DNA of 64,000 nt, from assembly GCA_017499595.2 (NCBI GenBank), contig CM038998.1, forward strand, positions 2,170,001 to 2,234,000. Direction: 5' to 3'. Position numbers and translations under genes: made by a program. Under the pieces are notes generated by a model. That model saw nothing but the letters and a program-made list of their open reading frames with translations. It made no database searches and was not told the origin of the DNA. Each line of letters opens with the position of its first letter. Within the stretch, counting starts at the first letter, position 1. Shown here piece by piece: positions 24,078-37,600 of this stretch. The DNA comes from Psilocybe cubensis. Taxonomy: Eukaryota.

Positions 24078-24729
24078 TTCGATCAACCATATAACTGAAA
24101 TGACCTTGCTACAATCAACAAATAGGCGTGCTAATTATATATCTTTCGCTTTTCGTGTTTGCTTTTTGTTTTATGCTGGTGTAAATATGTTTGATTATGA
24201 AACCCAAAGCCAAATAAGAATTGTTCAGCAAAGTTATTGCACTCTGTTGATTTATCCTCTAGAAACCTTTCTATTGGTTTTCTCAAAATGGTCTGTTTTT
24301 TCTCCAAGAAGTTCCGTCGCAATTTGTCTAGTATATCACCTATACTACAAATCAAGAAAAATACGTAACCGCTCCATCCGTTATCGGGTACTGCAATTCG
24401 ATCTCGTGCCCTCATTGACAATCGACAGTGTAATAGGACATCAAGGCGCTTGCAGACGACGACTTGAGTATATACTGAAGTCAAATCTAGTACTTAATCA
24501 TTGTCACGTGCTGAAACGCTTTCCGATGTCATTTTTCAAGAACTGGTAAAGAACGCTTGTTTCAGTGCGGACAATAACTGCAATTATTTGGCTCTTGCGG
24601 GCGATGTTCTCCTATTGAGTGCACTTTACTTTCAAAACCCATTAGAGAACGGTTTTTTGGACCATATACCGTTGGACCAGGAATCCCAATTAAAACTGGT
24701 TTACTTCGCGGTACTACAACCGATCATTT

Positions 24730-27700
24730 ATGGATGAACTTATCCACCACTGTCTTCGCGAACTCGCCTTCGACGGCGAGTTGGGTAAGTTTCTCTCGAG
24801 TGATTCTACATCTTCTTCCTCTCACAAAATCTTTCAAGGATCCAATGTATCTCGTCTGAAGGATTTCATTGTTGATTTCTATGCACACACCAATTCCTCT
24901 CATACTCAGAATCCTGACGACACATTCTGTGCCTTTGTTTGGGCTCTGGTAGTGCAGCAGCCCTCTACTATTGTGGGCGTGGTTTCTCCCGAACTTGGTT
25001 CAGAAGTATGGATAGCACCCCGGACAAGTGCAATGCGCAAGGCGCAGGCTAGAGGAGAAGATCATGTTGAACAGCAACCTCCGCAATTGGATCCCATCTC
25101 TGAACCAAAAACAACCTCTCTTGATACTCTACAACACGCATATGGGGATCGTTTAAGGATTGCTGTTGAACCTGATTCCATATTTGCAGCTATTACAGGA
25201 TCTCATATCCGAGTTAGTGGAAATTTTATATCTTGATCAAGTTAATTCACATCTTTTCTCAGTCGTCAAAAATGAGCCCCATGGTGTACTCTGCCCTACA
25301 GATCATTACTCGAGGAAGAGATTCTGGAGTTACTGTGGTGGACCTTGGGAAACAATCCGGATATGATCAAAAGACATGTTTTTACTTGGTCAGACAGCTA
25401 ACAGAGCTCGAACTTGTGTAGGTTTGGCCATTCATCTTCAGAATTTTGTACACTAACAAATACCTAGAGTGAAAGTTCGTCGCGGTGGTGTGGGTACTCA
25501 TTTCTGCATTCACAAATACTTCTTCGACAGAAGTTCGTCATGGAAGGCCATACGGGACGAAGAAACACAGGCAGAAAATCTTCAAACAACAGGTCTCGAT
25601 AGTGAGGCCGATTTAAAGGAAGAAGACGAGGAAATTGAAGATCCAGCAGCTCTCAACTTCACACCTATCGATGCTCGCCACTTATCAAGTCTTCCGCTGA
25701 TAAGTGGAAGGGTCATTAGATTACTGAAAGCCTCAAAAAATCATATGCACGCCTCAAATAACATGCTGATAACCCTGGTGGGCATTTCAAGGTGTATTCG
25801 AGAATACATTTTCCTGATATCTCCTAGGGATTTTCGAATCCGACAAAAACGGACCGGAGGTTCTTCCAAAGCAGAATTCGTGAGATGATTCAACAACGAC
25901 TCATAGAGAAGGTCGTGGTTCCAAGTAACAAAAGAAAATCAAACAGCAAATCGGTGAAATGTTTCCGCCTTGTAAAACAAGAGCTTTCTTCCCATGGAGA
26001 CCCAGTGCCAATTCTCTCCGATGCAGATGATGATTTGGGAGAAAATGCTGAAGGTAACAAAAAATACATTTACCGCTTAAATCACGTTGTCATTGTCTAA
26101 CAGATATGTACAGTTATAGGACAAAATGGTATCAAACTCAATACTACTCTACACAAGCAAATTATCGATCAGCTGGAGGATTCTGGCACCTCGGGCATGA
26201 CTCTTAATGTATGTATCTATATCTAATATTATCTACGGGTCACGTACCAACATTTTTTTTTAATAAATAGGACCTATCCACGTCGCTCTGCCATTTTGAC
26301 AAACGGACTATTGAACTTCTTTTGAGTCGTGCTGTTCACCACCATCCTCCGTCTCATTTAAGCGACCTACGCATCGCACCATTAATAGAAACAAGTGGTC
26401 GAGAGCGACGTCACCGATACATTACAGTTGCCAACTATCGCAAACTTGTAGCGCAAGAAAAACTCGATAATAAAAGTTTTGCAGGTTATGATAATATTGA
26501 CTTGTCAGACGTTGGCGGTTTCCTACCGGTCCCTGGCAGCTTATTCTACGAAAAAGACGCCGAAATGATCCAATTTTGTGACAGCTTCAAGAGGAATGAG
26601 CAAGGTCGTATATCCAAGGCAGGGAATAAAAAAACCAAGAACCCAATTCTCCCGGACGGGAGGATCAAACGCGGAAGGCCAAGAAAAAATGCCATCAAAA
26701 ACGATGGTCAAGTTCCCTCTCGATCGTTAAGACTGCAGGCACCGAAAAGAAAAAGGGACGATTTGCTGGATAGCACGCAAGTAGCTACTATCGAAGATTT
26801 GGATGATCCTCCTAAAAAGAAAACTCGGCATTCGAAGAAACCCCAAGAGCGAATACCGGGTATGCTAAATTCTAACTTATCCCAAGCCAAATTAACAACA
26901 GCAACTACACAGATCCCCCGACTACACGAGGGAGAGGCCGCCCACGAAAAATCAAGATTGCTGATGTAATTGACAATGAAGTAACTGAGCGACAATTATT
27001 ACGATCTCCGGACACGAATACCGTTTCTGAACAGGAAAGTAGTATTATTTGGGGTCAACAGATTGACTGATTCTGTTTCTGTCCACCAGGGTTATGCGGA
27101 AGACATCAACATGGATACGTCACCGAAGGCGCAGAAAAAAAACGTAAATATCCCCACTTCCAAAAGTATTTCAGTTGTGGAAGGTGAACCAAATACCTCC
27201 GAACGTGGCGAACTTATAAATCGCTTGTTACCTGATGAGGGATCTCATAAAGACACAAATGACCATGTATTCACAGTACCATCTACGGTAAGGCTATCAT
27301 CACATTTATCGAAACCTCATAATGATTCTTAGAACAGAATAATACGCACATTGAACAAAGGGGTGATGATGTCCGCGACATGGCTCGTAGCATGACGGAT
27401 ATCCCTGAAATAATGAATCAAACCGATATGCGTTCGTCTTCTCAATTCTCAGAAGGGTCGCAAAGTCCCGAAAAAACACCAAACTCTGTCCCTAACGCCG
27501 CTAGGATCAATGTTTCACAACTTCGACGGGAAAACGAGCTACTTCGAGTCGTTGAAAACGCCGGAGGTATCGTCAATATCCAAAACAAGGAATTTTATCA
27601 AGCCCATATGAAATTATTGGAAAGTCTTGCACAAGCGGGAGAGCCTACTAGTGCCCCTGTCGGAACCAAAACCGATAAAAGAACTGCCACTGCGACTTTC

Positions 27701-30700
27701 GCCAGCTTAGAGAATAAGGGACGAATAAAGCAACTCCGAACCTCAGTCACCACATTCACTGGTGTCACACGGCCAGCGTGCATTGTATATCTTCCCCACA
27801 TCGAACAGAATCAAATTAATGAATTTCTTGCTGAACTTGCGCGGAGTTCTCAGCAACCAGCATCTCATCTAACTTCATTTGTCAAAATTGACAGGAGGTT
27901 AGATTATGGAGCTGATACTTCCTCCACGTCGAGAGGAATTCTTCCTCTCCAACTTCTTCAATTAGAACGGCCTAGCACCAACGATAAGGAACGATGGAGC
28001 AAAAATGTCAGCAGAGCTAAGCAATTATTCACCCACGACGACACCACAATTCGAGATGTTTTTCTTGCAGAACGTACTACGGTTGCTCAGTTGTATGGCT
28101 TTATAGTCGGAAAGGCGTTGAGATGTCGAAAATTACATCTTGCCGCAATACACGCATTCGAAACGCAAGTGGACTCAACTAACATCGTCTCTCATGAAAA
28201 AAGAGTCATAGATTTGTCTTTTTTTTGCCATGACCTCCCGTTAGATCTTTACTGCTCTTTGGTCTCACCTTTGACCTTTGACGAGGAGCTCGCCATGAAA
28301 ACAAAGTCATCAATGGGCCAGAAGACGTTGGTTCGTGATTTGCCTCAGCATCTTCAAACACTTTTGCAGCTTGGAAGATCTAGAGCTCGTTCCCGGATTC
28401 TTGACATGTTGGAAATACTTCGTTCGTTAAACTTAGTCACACCTCTGCGACCATCTGATTCTAGTATTGAGGAACCTTTCCTCAGTTGCATTCCAAAAGG
28501 TGGTCATCCAACGTCGTTCAGTGTAGCTTCATTGGACGGATGGACGATCAACACCCCAATGATTGCCCCAAACTATTGGTGCTTCAATGAAAGTAGTTCT
28601 ATCCATTTGTATGCAAAATCGGAAATTCATCCACCCTATTGGAAAACCAACAAACTTTCGTCATATTTCGATGTCACGGTCTATTGGGATCAACTGCGCG
28701 AAGCATGTCTTAACACAAACATCAATATCGACATCGATGTTCATTCATCCCAGGCTTCTGCCGCAAGTGTTGCTGCAGCTCGATCTCTGCGTCGTGCGGC
28801 ATCTTGGAAATCCGAATACTTTTTAACCTGGCATCAAATGCAGTACATGAAGCAATACATAGATTCAATGGCATTTTCCACCCCTCTTCAAATTTCAGAT
28901 GATACAGAACGACGCAATCAAATACAACATATAGCATGGGTCATTAGCGCTCCTCAAGAAACTGTGGAAAACTTTTTTTCTTCTTCTAGAGACAAACTTA
29001 TCCGAACATCAGAGAAGATGAAAGAAAAGGCCAGGAAAACGCAGAAACGTACCGAGGAAGCTAAATTATCTTTAGCCAAGAAAGCCGAAGAAGCAAGAAC
29101 TCAGAGAGAGCAAGAGTGGTCCAAGTTGCTCGTGAAAAGTCATGCGACAGCTTTGACAGGACCCGCTGTTGTTCGCCTGGAACGAATTCGAAATCAATTT
29201 CTACAATCGATTTCTCTCAAGAATGCCTCGGAATGGGAAAAAGACATTCAATCGACCTTGGACGAAGCAAATTGGGCGAACTCGAAGGCCTTGAAAATAG
29301 CATCAAAAAGTTTTTCGAATGCCAAGAAACCCTCTGCCACATCAGCTGCGATAATACCTGCCTCGGAATCTTCTATTCAAAGCCTAATTGAATCTCAAGG
29401 ACCGCCATTGCAACATTCCAAGGTTACAGTGAAACGGAAAAAGAGAAAAGGCCAGAATGCGGATCCGTCTGGTGCGTATTCCAGAACCGCTTATATTTAA
29501 TCATCGGTATAAAAACTTACCGATAATCAGATAGTAGTGCTACCATTCCGAAAAAAGTCACAAGGCGGCATCGTTTTCAATGGAATACAGAATACGACGA
29601 GCTTGCCCGTGATGCATCAGCAATCATTCGTGCACGCTGCAGAAGCCTTTCCAGACTTGATTGGGGTGCCTTCGAACAAGTATTCCCGTCCGTGCCGCGA
29701 AATACTGTGCGCCAACGGCTAGCACATATCAAAGAAACGCCCGGGAATGAAGCGTACCTACGCCGCCTAGAAGATACCTGGTATGATATCTGGATTAAGC
29801 ACAGGGGAACTTCTGCTCTTCCAGATGACGATTTTGGAAGTGCATCCAACTTTAATTTGGTTAAGCACATCGAGTTTCTGAGGGCACATGTCGATAAAAA
29901 TGCCATGTGAGGGTGTTATTGCTATCTATAGTCCACAAAACACTAAAATCAATATTTTAGCCGTGTTGGATTTGCTCAGACCAAAGAAATTGCTACAATT
30001 ACTCTTCCCTCAGATGTTGCATCTCTGATGGAAACCTATAATGTCGTGCAAGCTGAAAAAACCGCTCCTGATTGGGATTTCATGTGGAATGCCCTCATCG
30101 AAGAAGGTCGCGAGAAAAGATTGAAGAAAGCTGTAATATCACGATGCCCTGAAAATTTCCCCAAAGTTCGACTGTCCGAATTGGATGAGATTGCATTGGC
30201 AGAGTCTACTCTCAAGGTATGTGGGATTTGATCTCCTACGGTCTCAACTCATATATAAGAAGATGGCGATGGGCACACCGCCTGAACGGTATGATCCTGC
30301 CCAGGGATCGTCATTGCTAAAAAATTGGGGTCAAGATGTCATTGATGTAGCCACAAAGAATCTCTTGACTCGTGGTGTCCTTTCTAAGTCACAACGGGAC
30401 CCACTAAAACAAGGACCAGGACGTCAGCTGAAGATTTCTGAAGCGTATGTACATGTTATATTTTAAAAATCAACCTTTCTTAGCTATTGTCGATCTTTTT
30501 ACAGTAATCAAAATGCTATCGGAGGTAATATCACGTCTGACACATTCCAAGACGCTACTTCGCTTTTGGAGGAAATCGATCCAAGTGATACGACTTGGCA
30601 CGACTGGCCATTGACGGCCACTGATGGAGATTGTGCTACTTTGATTGAATTGGTTTCCGAGGATAAAGTGTGTATCTCAACACTTTATTTTCCTCTGGCA

Positions 30701-31793
30701 TCTATAATATTGCTTTCTTTTAGGTGGATTTCAATATTGACACTTCTCTGCCTCGAGCAGAACGCCCGGGTCTTGATTGGAACAGCAAAAAAGCAGGTAG
30801 GGTATGAGCGATTGTATTGCTAGCTTTGCTAATTACAATGCCTCAGACGACGATCAAATCGAAACTGCGCTAGCTGTGCGTTATAGGTTGGATGCGCGAG
30901 CTAGTCAAGATATATCCTCAGATGACCCTCAAATCACGGCCACATCCGCCGATTCAATGAATGAATGCCTGGAACCATCAGTAGAAGCGCACACAGACTC
31001 GGGACACGGACTTAGTGTCGAGAACATACCAGCATGCTGCAGAAGGCTTACGGGTCAAGGGCTAATCGATTGTGCAATGTGTCTCGGTGACGCATGGTCA
31101 ATATTTCGCATTTCGCTGTCCCAAGATGATCAAGAAACCGCTGATTGGGTTTTGGATATTGTTAGCCAACGAAGAGAGTCCGGAATTAAGAAAGGCGATC
31201 TCATTGTATGTCGTAATGCCTTTTTGTCTCTTCTCGTTTGAAGGTCTCATTTTTTTCAGTCACTTGCGGGCCCTCGAGATTTACGAGTGGCGATAGTTGT
31301 GAACCAAATGGTGGAGGCTGAAATACCGTTGATACACTGGATGGGATATGACTCCCTTGTACTAGTCTCTGCTCAATACCTTCGGAAGTGGACTGTTGTG
31401 GTATCTGAAGAACCTTTTGTCAATGCACTGCCTCGCCGCTGGTTAGACATTCGCGGCAACAGAGTTGCTGACTTCTGGCAGTCTGGCCTTCGGGCAGTGA
31501 TGGGTCTGATCGTATTTAGACCTGGAATTACTCAGGCAAGTTGGTCAAATTTGGAACTATCGAACATTGTTGATGATCTTCCACAGACGGAAATTCGATG
31601 GCGTCTACGCGCAGTTTATGATCGTCAAGAAGTGAGCGAAATTCTCCGACATTTGCGGCGAGAGGGATATCTCCGTGTTCGTTTAGGATATTCATCAGTG
31701 TGGACAACGTGTGGGACGGAGCTGCCTTTTGATGAAGTGGAGGAGCGAAAAGTATTTTGGTTCATTGGCGACAAGCATTGGTATCAGTTGTAA
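24730..31793 (+). CDS. sfc3: RNA polymerase III transcription factor TFIIIC B-block-binding subunit (Sfc3/Tfc3); multi-exon
   Basis: N-terminus MDELIHHCLRELAFDG, winged-helix-like ALQIITRGRDSGVTVVDLGK, RHRFQWNTEYDELARDASAII and C-terminal IVFRPGITQ. Very long gene with two AT-hook-like GRP motifs. Confidence 0.78.
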
Positions 31794-32118
31794 AAGCATG
31801 TATTGATGTAGACAGTGAGAATTGCATAAGAGATATTATTGCGATGGAGATGCAGGGTCCCTTGACAACTTGGCAGTACGGCGATCTCCAAATGGATGAT
31901 TTGGGTTTGATGTGGCCCAGGCTTCCCACCACCAATGTAGACAACCTTGGGTCGGTGGTCAAGTCATCTTTCGTCGTCTTCCTTCCTCTCCTTCACCTTC
32001 TTCGACGGCTGGACCGAGCCCTTTCCCTGGCGGCCAGTTTTAATTTGTACTACCAATCTCCTAAGGTCACATTATACATCCTCAATTGCCGATCTTGGCT
32101 AATTCAAAAGCAGGCATC

Positions 32119-34535
32119 ATGCAGTTCAAGTCTTTGGGAGAGGCCGTTCATCTTTCTGGGCCGTTGCAACTTATGGTGAGTCTGCGGTGAATTTATGCTC
32201 GCACACTGGAGCGGTTTATCTCACCTATTTTTTCAGTGGAACAGGATTTCCTTTTCTCGGCTCACTATCATTTATTTCATATTCTCCATCGCCCATTTTA
32301 TCATTCAATTGTCGATTCAAATTAAGGCATTCACTATCAATGCGGAGGCAGCCCATTTCCTCTCCAACATAGTCAACGAAGCACAAACGACCAACAATAG
32401 TCTCCCCCTTCTGAATGGCCCCATTTTACGGATGTGTAGTTGGGTTCCTTCCAACCTGAATGTCGATGTTGCTTCTTGTCCTGTCATTTGGAATGGCACC
32501 GCTTCTGAAAATGACAACTTCAATAATATTGCAATTGCAACAGCGTCTTCGGCCCAACCTTTCATTTCATCGACCTCATCGGCGTCCTCCGTACTGTCAT
32601 ACGACACAAAGGAAACAGCAGTGGTTTCTTCAGCTAGCGTAACGAAAAGCACGTTTATTTCTACCACGCTACCTAGTACTCCAACCACCATTCGTGTGCT
32701 CTCTACCCAAACATCCACCCAGACTGTCACTGTTATTGCTACTGCAAAAGTCACTTCCGTGGCCGATGAAAGCGACACACGAACCGGTATCCCACCATTG
32801 ACGAGTAGCCCAGACGATGAGGGTGCCGATATCGACAATGATCCTTTCCAAGTACGCATAAATTTTTGTGAATTTTACCTTGATCTCACCTTCCGCTAAA
32901 GTATCACAACTACCGACGTGGCGTTCAGGTAATTCCATCTCGAGAAGGCAACACGGTCCAGATCACTTTGGTTGGACTAGTAAATGATCAAAATGTTACT
33001 TTGGATAACGATTGTCTTTGGGCACTCAACTGGCCGGTCTCTGTGTAAGTACACTTCATTGAACGTGTATACAATTATCTAAGTACACTCGTCATTGATA
33101 ACGATACAGTTTGGGTAATACCAAACGCGAAGATATGGTATTCATGGCGTTCCAGGTTTGGGTGTTAGGCATGTCTATTGTCGCCCTCATGAACGAATCC
33201 ATTCCCCATATTTTGGCCTCGTTAGTCACGCATCTAATGGCGACCGGTTGGGCAGCTTTCCAAATTAGCCATACTGCCGAATTCCATTCAGACTTTAATC
33301 GTGTTATCACCCATGGTGCATGTAACAAAGTTTCCCTTCTGCCAACTTACTGGGAAGCTCGAAGCAAGGCAGAAATTCCAAGCCTCGCACTGAATGTTAT
33401 TGCTCTAATCATATCATCGTTTCTGACTTGGAGGCTCATCAAGGTAAGTGTTTTATAGCGTTCCCATTTTCTTTGGTTATTCAACTTGTTCAACCTTTAT
33501 CTCAACTCAGTTGTTTGGATGGCAAACATTCAAACGCGTTGGAGCATCGTTGACTATCAATCGCATTTACAAACTCGTTTTGATTCTTTCGATAACCATC
33601 CAACTGTCTTTGTTCTTTATGATTGTGACGGTTTCTCTGTGGGTCGATCAGCTTCTCAACAGCGTAATTGGTGATTTCGCAACATCCCTAAAGTTGTACA
33701 AGGTGACATCGTTCATAACCTTGGCTGTGAGTTTTCCGTGTTCTTTTCATTCAAATTGCTCCAGATACTGACTGCAACACCTTTGAAGTTGTTAATTCCC
33801 TGGTTAATGACTGTAAGTCTCTCGACAATCAACCACTTTCTCCAATTAATCATTATCAGGGATGGTTTGCCGTTCGGCGAGAACTTCGCGTGCCAATGAT
33901 TATATTCTTGTCACTTTCGGTTCTTTACTTGATTGGCTGGGGAGTCATGTTTATTTCAACTACATTCCGATGGACGTTCAGAACCTGGATTTTCTTCTCT
34001 ATCATGGCATGTGCTTCAGTCTTCCTCACGTTTACTTCCATCGTATTGGGAATTATATGTCGCCTCAATTTCGGAAAGGGGTTAGCTCGCTATTGTTAGT
34101 GTTTTCACTCCTCGCTGCTGATGCTTGTCATGGCTAATACCATTGGTTCCAGTGAATGCTCATCAACCTCTCGATGAGGAGGATGATCTAAACAGATCGT
34201 ATGGTGGTTCCGATTTCGAGAAAGTGGCTTTCCCATCGTCGGAGAAGCCTCTTCCCACCTACGCTTCATCATTCGATGACTACGAATCTGGATATGTGCC
34301 TTCCCTCCATTACGGCTCCACACAAGGCCCACGATTCTCCAACAAGAATGCGGAGCCATTCGAGACAGGATTCCAAGGGATATCAATACCTGCACCCGCA
34401 CTTCAACGTAACATGAATGAAGTCCAAGTACACCGAGCGAACAGTTATGGTAGTACCAAAAGCGGGGGCAGTCATCGGTCCCAGGAAAGTAGTAGTAGCT
34501 CTCATTTAAACCATAAACGCTGGGTCATTGAGTGA
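32119..34535 (+). CDS. Uncharacterised multi-pass membrane protein (N-terminal TM, Cys-flanked S/T-rich loop, ~7 further TMs, cytoplasmic tail)
   Basis: Spliced ORFs 32195-32899, 33111-33458, 33448-33771, 33890-34099 and 34125-34535 give hydrophobic helices (FQVWVLGMSIVALMNES, ICRLNFGKGL) with consistent GT-AG introns. Confidence 0.7.
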
Positions 34536-34645
34536 TCCATTTTATTTTCGAAATAGTAGCCCGAATTTGCTTGAGGCACTTGGATATCATATTTTGAAAT
34601 CTTTATTTGTATTATTCTGCTGCTCTAGTGTGTGCAGCGTTGTAT

Positions 34646-37600
34646 CTAATCAAAAGGCGGGGTAACAGGAGTAGAGCTTCTGATCAATTCGATCTCTTGC
34701 TCGTGTACAATGGCTGCCTGGCGCGCCACTGTGGCGCCTTCATAATTCCCTTCAGGTATAACAGGCTGATCCATTGTCAGTTCTAGAGTCTCCCGGAATT
34801 CGATCATCCAGGGATGGTTCATAAGCTCTGCTGCAGACGGTCTTCGAACAGGATCGATTGTTAAGCATTGCTTGATGAAGTTGATACCTAGTTCGCTTAG
34901 TTGTCCTGGTTCAGGAAGTGGTGGGTGCTGTGTTGCTACACCAATATGAAACATAATTGCCCTAAGAGCAGGATATTGATGAAACTTGATGATGGTTAGA
35001 AAGATACTACATACCATTCATTGTCCAAATTGCTCCAAGGCTTTTTGCCTGTGGCACATTCTAACACCACACAGCCAAGTGACCATATATCCATTGCTCC
35101 ATGGCGTCCTCGTTTATCGTTCTTGATAACTTCGGGGGACATGTACATTGGGGTTCCAGTGAGACCATTGCTCATTGCACCTAAGCCATTCACGTTGACC
35201 GACAGGTTTGCATTCGACACATCTATTAGTCGACGAGATCTCTGGACAGTACGCTGATTCTTAGCAAGAATCTTTGCAGCGCCGAAGTCTACAAATTTTA
35301 TGACGCCCATGTGATCCAATAGAATATCTATGTATGGAGAAATTAGGAATAGTTGATAAAGTGCACATTATAGTGGGTTCACGTACTGTCTGGCTTGACA
35401 TCTCTATGCACAATGTCTTGAGAGTGCAAATAGGCTAGACCTTCTAACATCTGCATGGTATAGACCTGTATGAGTGTTTCGTCTTCAATTCGTCCATGCT
35501 CCGACAGCGAAGCAGCCAAACTTCCTCCTTGGCAAAATTCCTCAAAGATATAAACTTTATCGCGATGAACCTCGATACCGTAATATTCGACAACATTGGG
35601 GTGATGAAGCATCTCCATAACACTAAGTTCTTCTTTGATCTGTGCAAATAAGTTGGGCAAACCAGAGAGTTCCTGGAATTTGATTTCCTTGACAGCCATT
35701 AGAGACCCAGAGTCTAGGTTGAGAGCCAGATACACAGATCCGAAAGCCCCAGCTCCAATAAATTTTCCTTGCTGCCATCTGACTGATATATTGGAACTCG
35801 ACGATGCGAGGAAAGATAAGGATCTGTCCTCTGGAATCTCGTCGTTGAGAACCTTACCAAGTGTACGATGTTTCAAACCGTGGATTGCTCGAGCGTCTTC
35901 GATTTCGCGAAGTGCCTTAGAGACCCTCTCCCAAAAGACCCGAGCTTTTGAGTCTATGAAAGAAACGTCCTCTTGGCTTGATACAATAGCAGGGAAATCG
36001 TCCTCGACAACCTGTACATCTGCTATTTGCATCTTCAGGAGTTCTTCCTGCTTCTCTTTCTCTTTTCGAGCTTCAGAGATAGATCTTGCCCCAAGGATGT
36101 CGAAGTGACTGATAAGCAATGTCATACAGCTTGCTACTTTCTGTCGCAGCATTTCAAATTCCCCATCTGGTAAATGCAGTATATCTCTCTTTGTGCGATG
36201 AAGCGTATATTCCAGAGCGTTGACAGCCCATTTAAAAGTTCTACGATCGGTTGGATCACAGTCATCACAAATAAAGGAAACCCATGAAATTGCCAACTTG
36301 ATCAGCAGCCGATTAAATTTGAGAACAGTCGGGCGGTCCATGTATCGATGGGCATGTTGTGCGTGCTCCGAAGCGTAGAGGTACCAATTAGCGAGTAGTT
36401 CCTGACCGCCATTTGTTACACGCAGAGAATTTCGAACATGGTGGACTGAATCGACGATAGACTCTGCAAGTCTGTTTGTTGCACGAGCAATCTTACGCAG
36501 TTCTCGATTAACGCTGGGAAGATGTGCTTGAGTTTCAAAAAGGCACGTTAGATGTAAAGAGTTTGTCGCAATCTCTCCGTCGTCCTCGACAGAGTCCAAA
36601 GATTCCGCGAAAGCCTGTTTGGCGAGACTGAGCCGTCGTTGAGGGCCGTCAGCTATTAATCGTACACGGTTGTCTTTGGTGTCCAAGTTTATTTTCGGTA
36701 TACTGAGTGACATAAATCTGCCATTCCATAAGAAATGCGTCTGTGGTGACAAAACAAGGAGATAGGCAGCTTCATCTTCTCCTCGTCCGTCTACGTGCTC
36801 CACAGCATGAATTCCCTCATGTTCACCACCGAGTTCATCCACTTGAAAAGCTTCATCCAGGATCTTTCGTATAGCTTCGGGTCGTTCAAACAGGGAGCTG
36901 GAAGCAACAACATATACACCTTCTTCCTCAAGTGAATGCGTGTATACTAGGAAATGATCGGAGTTGACGAGAAGGTTAATAAATTCATCCAAAGGGATAT
37001 CGTCAAGACTGTACTCTGCAGAGTTGCTGAAGCGTTGGGTAAGCACTCTGGAATTTGACTGCTTTTAGAAATTGAATGACTGAACGGAGACTTTAACATG
37101 ACAGACCTAGAAAAACGTTGAAGCTTTCTGTACCTAAGACGAACACTCTCTAGGATCTTGCTATACCAACTGATGACTTGCTGATCTGTCATTTTCCTCT
37201 GGACTTGATCCTGTTGAACATGATTCGGTTGATGTGCGCCATTGATATACAGATCTGGATCAAGGTTTGCATGGGCAGTGCCCTCCCTGGTGTTCAAGGG
37301 TACTCGAACTTGGGTATCAAAATAATTTGTCACTCTGACCATCAATTTATTGGTCAATGAGCTTTAAAAGTTGCTGAGACCTCATCCAGATAGTGGGAAG
37401 AATAAACACTCACCATAATTGCTCTGCAACGAGACTAGAACCGCCAGGAGTGGTAATACTAACATCATTGAATGTCGCCCATTGAGCTTCCAGCACGTCG
37501 GTTTCCTTGAACAATATACCCTTTGCTCCACTTTTAAGTTGCCAATGTAACAACTTGAAGAATGTGACCAAGGCTTCCAGTATTGTAGAATCGTAGTCTT

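Noticed and set aside
24100-24549. 149-aa ORF between carbonic anhydrase and sfc3, and its 117-aa antisense partner
   Set aside because: AT-rich 3' UTR or promoter sequence with no recognisable motifs or coding-like composition.
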